A DNA stretch of 32,000 nucleotides from Rhodobacter capsulatus SB 1003 (GTDB lineage: Bacteria > Pseudomonadota > Alphaproteobacteria > Rhodobacterales > Rhodobacteraceae): the NCBI RefSeq assembly GCF_000021865.1, contig NC_014034.1:2370001-2402000 (forward strand), written 5' to 3'. This document shows positions 21,437-29,797 of the stretch, in pieces. The position numbers and the translations under genes are program-made. Position 1 is the stretch's first letter, and the number at the start of each line of letters is the position of its first letter. The notes under the pieces were generated by a model. The model made no database searches. It was not told where the DNA came from and worked only from the letters and a program-made list of their open reading frames with translations.

Positions 21437-22354
21437 TCAGGGTCCGATATGTCGAAGAAGGTCGAGAAAGGCCGCCCGTTCGGAGCGGATATCATGCATC
21501 TTGCTGATCTCTTTTGCGCTCTGGCGCAGGGCTTGCGCAAGCCCCGGATTGCGGCTGGCCTCTGCCACCGCCTGCGCCAGCGGCGCAACCGCGGCAGGCG
21601 GCATCAGCGCCGTCACCCCGTCGATGCAGAACGACCGGTTGCCGCCGCAATCGGGGCAGATCACCACCCGGCCCAGCGCCATGGCTTCAAGCGCAGGCAG
21701 ATAGAACCCCTCCTCGGCACAGGGCAGCAGCACCGCGATCGGCGCCCCGGCCATCCGCGCCAGATAGTCCTGTCGCGGCAGCGGGTCGATCTGCAGATCG
21801 ACCCGGTAGCCCTCGGCCTGCAGCCGCGCCGCCAGCGCCCGGGCCAGCGGCGGCTGTTTCGCACCGCCCAGGAAGACATCGGCACCGGTGGCCGCGCCGC
21901 CCCCGGGCAGCAGGTCGAAATCGATGCCGTTCGGAATGACATGGATCGGACCGTTGCAGATCCCGGTCGCCCGCAGCGCCTCGGCCACGGCGGGGCTGAC
22001 GCAAATCCGCGTGGCCCGGCGCGACAGAAAGCCGAACAGCGGCGTTTCCGGCCGGGCATGGCGCAGCCCCTGTACCAGATTGACCACCGGGATCCGCTCT
22101 TCGATGCCCGGATGCCCGGCCAGCGCCGTCCAGTCGGTCCCGGCCAGAAACAGGATATCCGCGCGCTCGGGATCGTAGCGATCAACAAGGCCCGGATCGC
22201 CCTGCCAGGGCGAGGCGGGGGCCGAAGCCGGGTCCAGACATATCTCGGCGCGATGGCGATCCGAGGATCGGACGTGCTGGAAATAGTCCCAAACCTTCAG
22301 ATGCCCCCCAGAGAAGGCCTTGTAATTGCGATAGAAAAGCACACGCAGCGGCAT
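21437..22354 (-). CDS. Glycosyltransferase, GT4 / group-1 family
   Basis: The C-terminal EEGFYLPALEAMALGRVVICPDCGGNRSF matches the E-x7-E type GT4 motif. 305 aa. The stop TGA shares one nt with the downstream ATG (TGATG at 21435-21439). Confidence 0.78.
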   Translation of the reverse strand: MPLRVLFYRNYKAFSGGHLKVWDYFQHVRSSDRHRAEICLDPASAPASPWQGDPGLVDRYDPERADILFLAGTDWTALAGHPGIEERIPVVNLVQGLRHARPETPLFGFLSRRATRICVSPAVAEALRATGICNGPIHVIPNGIDFDLLPGGGAATGADVFLGGAKQPPLARALAARLQAEGYRVDLQIDPLPRQDYLARMAGAPIAVLLPCAEEGFYLPALEAMALGRVVICPDCGGNRSFCIDGVTALMPPAAVAPLAQAVAEASRNPGLAQALRQSAKEISKMHDIRSERAAFLDLLRHIGP

Positions 22355-22436
22355 GAGGACAACCTGGGCGGGGGAACGGTTTCCGGGGGTCCTGCTGTCG
22401 TCGCATGGACGGCGGGCCGCGTCAATCGCGCCCGGG

Positions 22437-23120
22437 TCACGGCGCGGGGGCGCGGCGGCGCAGCACGATCAGCACCAGCGTCGAAAACAGCCCCAGCGCC
22501 GCCGACAGCACCAGCGCACGGCGAAACTCTCCCACCGTCACCGCATTGTAGATCTCGAGCGAGATCGTGTTGGTGCGGCCCAGGATGTTGCCGCCCAGCA
22601 TCAGCGTCACGCCGACCTCGCCCAGCGACCGCGCCGTCGCCATCAAGAGCCCCGCGCCAAGCGCCCCCGCGACATTGGGCAGGATCACCCGCGCGAAGAT
22701 CGGGATCTCGCCATGGCCAAGGGTGCGCGCCGCCTCGGCCAGATTGGCGGGCAAGGCGGCAATCGCCGCCTCGACCGGCTTGACGACCAGCGGCAGCCCG
22801 ACAAGGACCGAGGCAAGCAGCACCCCGGCCTCGGAAAAGATCAGCCCCGCGCCGAAGCCGGTCTCGATCCAGCCGCCAAGGCCGTGGCGGCCCAGAAGCA
22901 TCAGCAGCCCGAAGCCCAGCACGATCGGCGGAAACACCATCGGCAGCGTCACCGCGATATCCAGCAGGCTGCGCCCGGGCCAGCGCCGTTTCGACAGCGC
23001 CCAGCCCAAAGCCACCCCCAGCGTCGCATGCAGGCAAAGCGTCGCCACCGCAATCCGCAGGCTCAGCCGCAGCGGAAAGGCCAGCGCCGGATCGCCCAGA
23101 ACCGCGGCCAGCGCCTCCAC
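22437..23120 (-). CDS. modB: Molybdate-type ABC transporter permease (ModB family)
   Basis: GTG start at 23118-23120. EAA-loop region: AEAARTLGHGEIPIFARVILPNV. About 5 TM segments. 227 aa, typical ModB/CysT-type length. Confidence 0.82.
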   Translation of the reverse strand: MEALAAVLGDPALAFPLRLSLRIAVATLCLHATLGVALGWALSKRRWPGRSLLDIAVTLPMVFPPIVLGFGLLMLLGRHGLGGWIETGFGAGLIFSEAGVLLASVLVGLPLVVKPVEAAIAALPANLAEAARTLGHGEIPIFARVILPNVAGALGAGLLMATARSLGEVGVTLMLGGNILGRTNTISLEIYNAVTVGEFRRALVLSAALGLFSTLVLIVLRRRAPAP

Positions 23121-23123
23121 CCG

Positions 23124-23831
23124 TCACAGCCCGTAATGCTGCAGGATCTTTTGCGCCGCGGGCGTGGTCAGGAAGGCGGCAAAACCCTCGGCCGAGGCGT
23201 CGAGCACCCCGCAGCTGATCTCGATCGGCGGATAAAGGCCCGGATCGACCGCGACCCAGCCGCCCAGATCGGCCCCGGCGCCGATCGCATCGGTGATGTT
23301 GAGAAACCCCGCATCGACATCGCCCGAGATCAGATAGGCCGTCACCTGCGGCACCGTCGCCACAGTCACCAGCTTCGGATCGACCTTGGCCGCGAGCCCG
23401 GACCGGTCCAGATACTGCCGCCCCGCCTTGCCGTAAATCGCCGATTTCGCGTCGGGAATCCCGACTTTCGCGATCCGCTCCGCGGCCAGCTCGGCGGGAT
23501 CTTGCAGGCTTTCCCCCTTGCGGAAGGCCACGACCAGCTTGCCCGTGCCCAGCGGCAGGAAACGGTCGAACCGCAACCCCTCGGCCTTGGCCAGCACCGC
23601 CCTGTCGCCGCAGACCATCGCCATCTTGCCGCTTTCGCGCGCCTGCCCCAGCACCTGCCCCATGTTTCCATAGACCTCGCCGACGCTGTCGCCGCTTTGC
23701 GCCTTCCAGGCCGCCACCGCCTCGGCCATCGGGCGGCGATAGCCCGCCCCGGCGCCGATCACCAGATCCTCGGCCAGGCCGGCAGAGGCGGAAAGGAGAA
23801 GAACGGAAAGGATGGCAAGGCTTTTGCGCAT
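23124..23831 (-). CDS. modA: Molybdate-type periplasmic binding protein (ModA family)
   Basis: ATG 23829-23831 preceded by AGGAG. Signal peptide: MRKSLAILSVLLLSASAGLA. ModA-like segments: ...YGNMGQV..., IYGKAGRQYL, VTAYLISGDVDAGF. Confidence 0.78.
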   Translation of the reverse strand: MRKSLAILSVLLLSASAGLAEDLVIGAGAGYRRPMAEAVAAWKAQSGDSVGEVYGNMGQVLGQARESGKMAMVCGDRAVLAKAEGLRFDRFLPLGTGKLVVAFRKGESLQDPAELAAERIAKVGIPDAKSAIYGKAGRQYLDRSGLAAKVDPKLVTVATVPQVTAYLISGDVDAGFLNITDAIGAGADLGGWVAVDPGLYPPIEISCGVLDASAEGFAAFLTTPAAQKILQHYGL

Positions 23832-23874
23832 GGGAAACTCCTGTCGGTTTTGCGGGCTGGACAAGCGCCGCCTG

Positions 23875-23901
23875 TCGCTATGTAGTCCAACCTTATAGCG
23901 A
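23875..23901. promoter_or_regulatory. Mo-box-like palindrome TCGCTATGTA-N7-TTATAGCGA (candidate ModE/MopA-MopB operator)
   Basis: TCGCTAT (23875-23881) is the exact inverse of ATAGCGA (23895-23901). It is centred in the 108-bp divergent gap between the modA-like and ATPase genes and resembles CGCTATATA-type ModE half-sites. Confidence 0.5.
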
Positions 23902-23939
23902 ACAGGTCAACTCCCCCCGGCCGATGCAGGACAAACACC

Positions 23940-24647
23940 GTGCCAACCGCCGCCCCCCTTGATGTCACGCTTGAAACCCGGCTTTCGGGGCCCGAGGGTC
24001 CGTTCACGCTCGATGTCGGGCTGAAGGCGATGGCGGGGGAATTTCTGGTGCTGACGGGGCCTTCGGGGGCGGGCAAGACGACGCTGTTGCGGCTGATCGC
24101 GGGGCTGGCGCGGCCCGGACGCGGGCGGGTTGCGATGGCCGGGCAGGTCTGGTGCGACACGGCGCGCGGGATCGACCTGCCGGTCCGGGCGCGGTCGCTG
24201 GGCTTTGTCTTTCAGGACTATGCGCTGTTTCCGAACATGACGGCGGCGGGGCAGATCGGCTTTGCGCTGCACGATCTGCCCCGCCGCGCGCGGCGCGACC
24301 GGGTGGCCGAGCTTCTGGATCTGGCGGGGCTTTCGGGCCTTGCGACGGCCTTTCCGGCGCAGCTTTCGGGCGGGCAGAGGCAACGCCTGGCGCTGGTGCG
24401 GGCGCTGGCGCGGCAGCCGAAACTGCTGCTGCTTGACGAGCCGCTTTCGGCGCTTGATCCCGACACCCGGGCCCGGCTGCAAGATCAGCTGCGCCGCCTG
24501 CACGATCTCTTTGGCGCCACGACGCTGATGACAAGCCACGAGACCGCCGAGGCGCGGCGCCTGGCCGACCGCGTGCTGCGGCTGGAGGCCGGGCGGCTGG
24601 GCGCCGCGCCGCCGCCGCCGCCATCCCTGCGCCTCGTGCGTGTCTGA
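23940..24647 (+). CDS. ABC transporter ATP-binding protein, ModC-like but lacking a C-terminal TOBE/Mop domain
   Basis: GTG start at 23940. Walker A GPSGAGKTT, signature LSGGQRQRLALVRAL, Walker B LLLLDEP. The protein ends soon after the H-loop (235 aa). Confidence 0.85.
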   Translation: MPTAAPLDVTLETRLSGPEGPFTLDVGLKAMAGEFLVLTGPSGAGKTTLLRLIAGLARPGRGRVAMAGQVWCDTARGIDLPVRARSLGFVFQDYALFPNMTAAGQIGFALHDLPRRARRDRVAELLDLAGLSGLATAFPAQLSGGQRQRLALVRALARQPKLLLLDEPLSALDPDTRARLQDQLRRLHDLFGATTLMTSHETAEARRLADRVLRLEAGRLGAAPPPPPSLRLVRV

Positions 24648-24662
24648 CCCCCCGGAGACCCG

Positions 24663-25379
24663 ATGAACATCCTTGTTTTCCAGCATCTTGCCGTTGAACA
24701 CCCCGGAACCCTGCGCGATCTTTGGGCGGCGGCGGGGCACCGTCTGACCACCGTCGAGCTGGACGCCGGGGCGCCGATCCCGCCGCTGGACGGCTTCGAT
24801 CTGATGGTGGCGATGGGCGGGCCGCAGGATCTGTGGCAAAAGGACGAGTTGCCCTGGATGCGCGCCGAGCTGGCGGCGATCCGGGCCTGGGTGGCCGATC
24901 TGGGGCGGCCCTATCTGGGGATCTGTCTGGGCCATCAGCTGCTGGCCGAGGCTCTGGGCGGCCGGGTCGGGCCGATGGCCGCGCCCGAGGTCGGCCTGTG
25001 CGAGGTCCGCCGCAGCGCGGCCGGGGCGGCGGATCCGATCTTTGGCGCCTTGCCCGAACGGCTGCAGACCTTTCAATGGCACGGCGCCGAGATCACGACC
25101 CTGCCCGAGGGGGCGGTGGTGCTGGCGGAAAATGCGGCCTGCGGCGCGCAGGCGATCCGCTGGGGGCGTCACGCCTGGGGGATGCAGTTCCACATCGAGA
25201 TCACCGAAACGACGGTCGCCGACTGGCAGGAGATCCCGGCCTATGCCGAAAGCCTGCGCCGCGCCCTGGGCGAGGCCCGCGCGGCGGGGCTTGCCGCCGA
25301 GGTCGCGCCGCATCTGGACGCCTTCCGCGCCACCGCCACGCGGATGAACGCGGCCCTTGCGCGCGCGATGGCGGGCTGA
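24663..25379 (+). CDS. Class-I glutamine amidotransferase-domain protein (GuaA-N-terminal-like)
   Basis: MNILVFQH...; nucleophile elbow GICLGHQLL; His-Glu pair in GMQFHIE. 238 aa. Confidence 0.78.
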   Translation: MNILVFQHLAVEHPGTLRDLWAAAGHRLTTVELDAGAPIPPLDGFDLMVAMGGPQDLWQKDELPWMRAELAAIRAWVADLGRPYLGICLGHQLLAEALGGRVGPMAAPEVGLCEVRRSAAGAADPIFGALPERLQTFQWHGAEITTLPEGAVVLAENAACGAQAIRWGRHAWGMQFHIEITETTVADWQEIPAYAESLRRALGEARAAGLAAEVAPHLDAFRATATRMNAALARAMAG

Positions 25380-25457
25380 GGCCGCGCCGCTTCGGGCGCC
25401 GTCAGGAAGGAACTTCCGCCCCGACGCCCTGACAAAGAAAGCCGCAATCGTCGTGGC

Positions 25458-25530
25458 CCAAATATTTGGAATGGCTCCAAAACAGCGGAGATGCCAGATT
25501 ACACGACAAGACATATCGTGTTTTGGAGCC
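25458..25530. promoter_or_regulatory. Cluster of palindromes upstream of the monooxygenase operon
   Basis: CCAAATATTTGG is a perfect 12-bp palindrome (25458-25469). ggctccaaaaca (25473-25484) is the exact inverse of tgttttggagcc (25519-25530). A TTTGGA(G/A) motif occurs three times. This is the most AT-rich patch of the gap. Confidence 0.4.
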
Positions 25531-25682
25531 CCCATGCCCGCGCCTCTTTCCCCCGCGCTTCCCCGTTGGCCCTGTCGCTGCGGCGCTGACCGCCGCGCCT
25601 GACCCCCCTTCCCGTTCCGACGCTTCCCCCCCTCGTCGCCGCAAGCGACGGGCCCCCGTCTTGCCCCCTCAGGAGACCCCCC

Positions 25683-27053
25683 GTGACCACATCCCTCAGC
25701 CCGACCCGCAAGCTGCGCCTTGGCGCCTTCCTGCCCGGCGGCGGCCAGCACATCGCCGCCTGGCGCCAGCCCGACCAGCCCTCGGATGGCGCGACCAGTC
25801 TCGCCTTTCACATCCAGCTCGCCAAGGAGGCCGAGCGCGGCCTTTTCGACGCCTATTTCCTCGCCGACGGCCTCTCGGTCAGCTTTGGCGGCGGCATCGA
25901 GGGCGGCAATGCCAAGGTCGCGGGCTTCGAGCCGGTGACGCTGTTCGCCGCGCTCTCGCAGCACACGAAAACCCTCGGCTTCATCGCCACCGCCTCGACC
26001 ACCTACGAGGAACCCTATAATCTTGCACGCAAATTCGCCTCGCTTGATCTGATCACCGCGGGCCGCAGCGGCTGGAACGTCGTCACCACCACGGGGGACG
26101 CCGCCGCGCAGAATTTCAACCGCGACAGCCAGCCGCCGCATGCCGCCCGCTATGCCCGGGCGCATGAACATGTCGCGGTGGTGAAGGCGCTTTGGGACAG
26201 TTTCGAGGAGGACGCCTTTGTCCGCGACAAGGCGACGGGGCAGTTCTTCGACGCGGGCAAGCTGCATGCGGCCAACCACAAGGGCGCGCATTTTCAGGTC
26301 AAGGGGCCGCTCAATGTCTCGCGCAGCCCGCAGGGCCATCCGGTGATCGTGCAGGCGGGCCAGTCCGAGGACGGCCGCGGCTTTGCCGCCGCCCATGCCG
26401 AGGTCATCTTCACCGCGCATCAACACCTTGAAACGGCGCAGGAATTTTATCGCGACATCAAATCCCGCGCGCGCGGCCTGGGGCGCAACCCGGACCATCT
26501 GCTGATCATGCCGGGCGTTTCGCCCTTTGTCGGGCGCACGCTTGACGAGGCGCAGGAGAAATACAACCGGCTGACCGCGCTGATCCTGCCCGAAGACGGC
26601 GTCGCGCTGCTCAACGGGCTCACCGGCGGCACGCTCGATCTGAGCGGCCACGATCTCGACGGGCCGCTGCCGCCCGCGCCGCCGACCGAGGGGATGAAAT
26701 CGCGCCAGGCCCTGATCCGCGCCATCGCCGATGAACATGGCTTCACCATCCGGCAGCTTTATCAATGGGTTGCCTCGGCGCGCGGGCATCTGACGCTGGT
26801 CGGCACGCCCCAAGGCATCGCCGACACGCTGCAGGCGTGGTTCGAGACCGGGGGCGCCGACGGCTTCAACATCCTGCCGCCCTGGTTGCCGAAGGGACTG
26901 ACAGATTTCGTCGATCTGGTGATCCCCGAATTGCAGCGCCGCGGCCTTTTCCGCACCGCATACGAGGGCCGCACCCTGCGCGAGAACCTGGGCCTGCCCT
27001 TCCCCGAAACCCGCTGGGCGCTGGCCCGGCGCAGCACACAGGCGGCAGAATAG
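25683..27053 (+). CDS. FMN-dependent LLM-class monooxygenase, NtaA/SnaA/DszA family
   Basis: GTG 25683 preceded by AGGAGA. KLRLGAFLPGGGQHIAAWR..., LAKEAERGLFDAYFLADG and GWNVVTT are the characteristic N-terminal pattern. 456 aa. Confidence 0.85.
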   Translation: MTTSLSPTRKLRLGAFLPGGGQHIAAWRQPDQPSDGATSLAFHIQLAKEAERGLFDAYFLADGLSVSFGGGIEGGNAKVAGFEPVTLFAALSQHTKTLGFIATASTTYEEPYNLARKFASLDLITAGRSGWNVVTTTGDAAAQNFNRDSQPPHAARYARAHEHVAVVKALWDSFEEDAFVRDKATGQFFDAGKLHAANHKGAHFQVKGPLNVSRSPQGHPVIVQAGQSEDGRGFAAAHAEVIFTAHQHLETAQEFYRDIKSRARGLGRNPDHLLIMPGVSPFVGRTLDEAQEKYNRLTALILPEDGVALLNGLTGGTLDLSGHDLDGPLPPAPPTEGMKSRQALIRAIADEHGFTIRQLYQWVASARGHLTLVGTPQGIADTLQAWFETGGADGFNILPPWLPKGLTDFVDLVIPELQRRGLFRTAYEGRTLRENLGLPFPETRWALARRSTQAAE

Positions 27054-27905
27054 ATGGCTTTTCAAGGACTTGAAATCTCGGTTCCGCCGATTGAAACCCC
27101 GGCACGGCCGCTGCCGCCGCTTTCTGGCGCCAATCTGCGCCGGGGGGTCGAGGCGGGCGCGCGGGTCTTGTCCCGCTACGGGCTGCTGCTGGGCTTTCTG
27201 GCGCTCTGGCAGATCGCGGCAAGCGCGGGGTGGCTGAACCCCTCGGTCTTCCCGCCGCTTGACCGGATCGCGGCGACGCTGTGGCAGGGGATCGTCTCGG
27301 GGGCGCTGCTCGATGACATCGCGATCAGCCTGCAGCGGGCGGGGATCGCCTTTGCCGCCTCGGTCGCGGTGGGGGTGCCGCTTGGCCTTGCGATGGGGCA
27401 GATGCCCGTGGTCGAGCGCGCGCTGGACCCGATCCTGCAGCTCTTTCGCCAGACCTCGGCGCTGGCGCTTTATCCGGTCTTCATCCTGCTGCTGGGGCTG
27501 GGCGAGACTTCGAAGATCTTCGTGATCTTCTGGGCAAGCCTGTTTCCGATCCTGCTTGCCACCATTGGCGGGGTCCAGCAGGTCGATGGCAAACTGCTTG
27601 AAATGGCCCGCAGTTTCGGCGCCGGGCGGTTGACGCTGTTTGCCCGGGTGATCCTGCCCGCCGCGGTGCCCGCGATCTTTGTCGGGCTCAGGCTCTCGGG
27701 CACCACCGCGCTTTTGCTCTTGATCGCGGCCGAGATGATCGGCGCGAACAAGGGGCTCGGCTTTCAGGTGATGAACGCGCAGTTCAACTTTCGCACCGAT
27801 CTGATGTTCGCCGCGATCTTCCTTCTGGCCTTCCTGGGCCTTGCGCTGAACGCCGCCCTTGTCGCCGCCCAGGCCCGGTTCTGCCGCTGGTCCGAGCCGC
27901 GCTGA
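27054..27905 (+). CDS. ABC transporter permease, SsuC/TauC/NitT family
   Basis: The ATG follows directly after the upstream stop. EAA loop: LEMARSFGAGRLTLFARVILPAAVP. About 6 TM segments. Confidence 0.85.
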   Translation: MAFQGLEISVPPIETPARPLPPLSGANLRRGVEAGARVLSRYGLLLGFLALWQIAASAGWLNPSVFPPLDRIAATLWQGIVSGALLDDIAISLQRAGIAFAASVAVGVPLGLAMGQMPVVERALDPILQLFRQTSALALYPVFILLLGLGETSKIFVIFWASLFPILLATIGGVQQVDGKLLEMARSFGAGRLTLFARVILPAAVPAIFVGLRLSGTTALLLLIAAEMIGANKGLGFQVMNAQFNFRTDLMFAAIFLLAFLGLALNAALVAAQARFCRWSEPR

Positions 27906-27948
27906 CCCCCTTCCCTCTCAATCGCCCTCGCAATCGAAAGACAGACCC

Positions 27949-28929
27949 ATGACCCTTCTTCGCTCTCTCGCCCTTGCCGCGCTGCTTTCGGGCACCGCGC
28001 TTTCGGCCGCGGCCGATCCGGTGACGCTGCGCTATCTGCCCAATCACGGCGGGCTTGCCGCCTTCGAGCTGGCCGCCGAACTGGGCTATTACGACGCCGC
28101 CGGGATCACGCTGGAAAACCTCGGCTATGCCACGGGCGGGCCGGAAACGCTGATCGCGCTGGCGGGGGGCAGTGCCGATATCGGCTCGGCCGCGACGCCC
28201 GCGGTGCTGAACGCGATCGCGGGCGGCAATGATTTCGTCGCGGTCTTTCCGACGAACGGCATCAACGACAGCGCGCAATCGATCTTTTACGTGCGCGACG
28301 ACAGCCCGATCCGGACCATCGCCGATCTGCCCGGCCATACGATCGCGGTGAACACGCTGGGCGCGCATCTGGATTATGTCGTGCGCGAGGCCTTGCACCA
28401 AAAGGGCCTGCCCGAGGATGCCGCAAACCTGGTCGTCGTGCCCGGGCCGCAGCTGGACCAGGTGCTGCGCGCGGGGCAGGTCGATGTCTCGGCCTTCGGC
28501 TACTGGCAGACCACCTTCGAGGGCGCGGCGCGGCAAAAGGGCGGGCTGCGCGCGGTCTTTGACGATACCGACGTGCTGGGCGAGATCGCGGGCGGCTTTG
28601 CCGTGCTGCGCCGCGACTGGATCGACGCCCATCCGGCCGAGGCCCGCGCCTTTGTCGATGGCGCGACGAAGGCGCTCGATTACGCGCGCAGCCACCCCGC
28701 GGAGACGAAGGCGATCTTTGCCCGGGTGCTGCAGGAGCGCGGCGAAAATCCCGAGGTGGCGCAGTATTTTGCGGGCTATGGCGTGCGCGAGGGCGGCCTT
28801 GCCACGACCCGCGACGTGCAGTTCTGGATCGACATCCTGACGCGCGAGGGCAAGATCGCCCCGGGCAAGATCGCCGCCGCCGACATCCTTTATCAATCGG
28901 CCGAAGCCCCGGCCCCGGCCACGAACTGA
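27949..28929 (+). CDS. Periplasmic substrate-binding protein, SsuA/NMT1-like (aliphatic sulfonate/nitrate/taurine type)
   Basis: ATG 27949 gives the signal peptide MTLLRSLALAALLSGTALSAAADP. The PBP type-2 pattern follows (LRYLPNHGGLAAFELAAELGYY...). Confidence 0.78.
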   Translation: MTLLRSLALAALLSGTALSAAADPVTLRYLPNHGGLAAFELAAELGYYDAAGITLENLGYATGGPETLIALAGGSADIGSAATPAVLNAIAGGNDFVAVFPTNGINDSAQSIFYVRDDSPIRTIADLPGHTIAVNTLGAHLDYVVREALHQKGLPEDAANLVVVPGPQLDQVLRAGQVDVSAFGYWQTTFEGAARQKGGLRAVFDDTDVLGEIAGGFAVLRRDWIDAHPAEARAFVDGATKALDYARSHPAETKAIFARVLQERGENPEVAQYFAGYGVREGGLATTRDVQFWIDILTREGKIAPGKIAAADILYQSAEAPAPATN

Positions 28930-28936
28930 GGCGCAG

Positions 28937-29749
28937 ATGGCCCCGATCGCGCCGCCCTCCTCCCCTGCGGGGACCGATCTGCCCCCGACCCTCGCCGCAT
29001 CGCGCGGCGAGGTTTCGGTGCAGGAGCTTTACAAATCCTTCACCCTCAACCGCGCGGCGCTGGCGGTGCTGCGCGGGCTGAGCCTGACCGTCGCGGGCGG
29101 CGAGAGCCTTGCCATCGTCGGCCCCTCGGGCTGCGGCAAGACCACGCTTCTGCGGGTGCTGGCGGGGCTTGAAACCCCCGATCGCGGCCGCGTGCTGATC
29201 GACGGCCACCCGGTCGCGGGCGTCGGGCGCGAGCGCGCGATCATCTATCAGGAACCGCGACTGCTGCCCTGGGCCAGCGTGCTTGACAACGTCGCCTTCG
29301 GGCTTGAGGTCCGGGGCACCCCCCGCGCCGAAGCCCGCGACCGGGCCCGGCATTATCTGCGCCTTGTCGGTCTGCAGGCCTTCGAGACCGCGCTGCCGCG
29401 GCAGCTGTCGGGCGGCATGGCGCAGCGCGTGGGCATTGCCCGGGCGCTGACCGTGCAACCGGAAATCCTGCTTCTGGATGAACCGCTTGCGGCGCTTGAC
29501 GCGATGACGAAACTGACCGTGCAGGAAGAGCTTGCCCGGATCTGGGCCGAGGAACGGATGACGATGATCCTGGTCACCCATGATCTGGAAGAGGCGATCT
29601 ATCTGGCCGACCGGGTGCTGGTGCTCTCGCGCGAGACCGAGACGCCGCCGCGGCTGCTCGAGGTGCCCCTGCCGCGGCCGCGGGATCGGAACGCCCCCGG
29701 TTTCGTGGCGCTGCGGCGCGATCTGATGCGCAGCTTCGGGCTGCAATAA
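28937..29749 (+). CDS. ABC transporter ATP-binding protein, SsuB/TauB-like
   Basis: Walker [11 protein letters not shown]-loop YQEPRLLPW, signature [15 protein letters not shown], Walker B ILLLDEP. GAGG RBS. Confidence 0.9.
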   Translation: MAPIAPPSSPAGTDLPPTLAASRGEVSVQELYKSFTLNRAALAVLRGLSLTVAGGESLAIVGPSGCGKTTLLRVLAGLETPDRGRVLIDGHPVAGVGRERAIIYQEPRLLPWASVLDNVAFGLEVRGTPRAEARDRARHYLRLVGLQAFETALPRQLSGGMAQRVGIARALTVQPEILLLDEPLAALDAMTKLTVQEELARIWAEERMTMILVTHDLEEAIYLADRVLVLSRETETPPRLLEVPLPRPRDRNAPGFVALRRDLMRSFGLQ

Positions 29750-29757
29750 GCGTGATA

Positions 29758-29782
29758 CCCCCGCGGGCAAAACCTGCGGGGG
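29758..29782. terminator. Hairpin in the convergent gap (candidate bidirectional terminator)
   Basis: cccccgc (29758-29764) / gcggggg (29776-29782) with an 11-nt loop, lying between stop codons at 29747-29749 (+) and 29798-29800 (-). Confidence 0.35.
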
Positions 29783-29797
29783 AATGGGAACGGAAGG

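Noticed and set aside
23907-27065. 1052-aa minus-strand ORF, the largest in the track
   Set aside because: It runs antisense across three independent plus-strand genes (ABC ATPase, glutamine amidotransferase, LLM monooxygenase) and their intergenic regions. The product is an Arg/Pro/Gly/Ala-rich string with no domains, which is a typical stop-codon-poor artefact of high-GC DNA.
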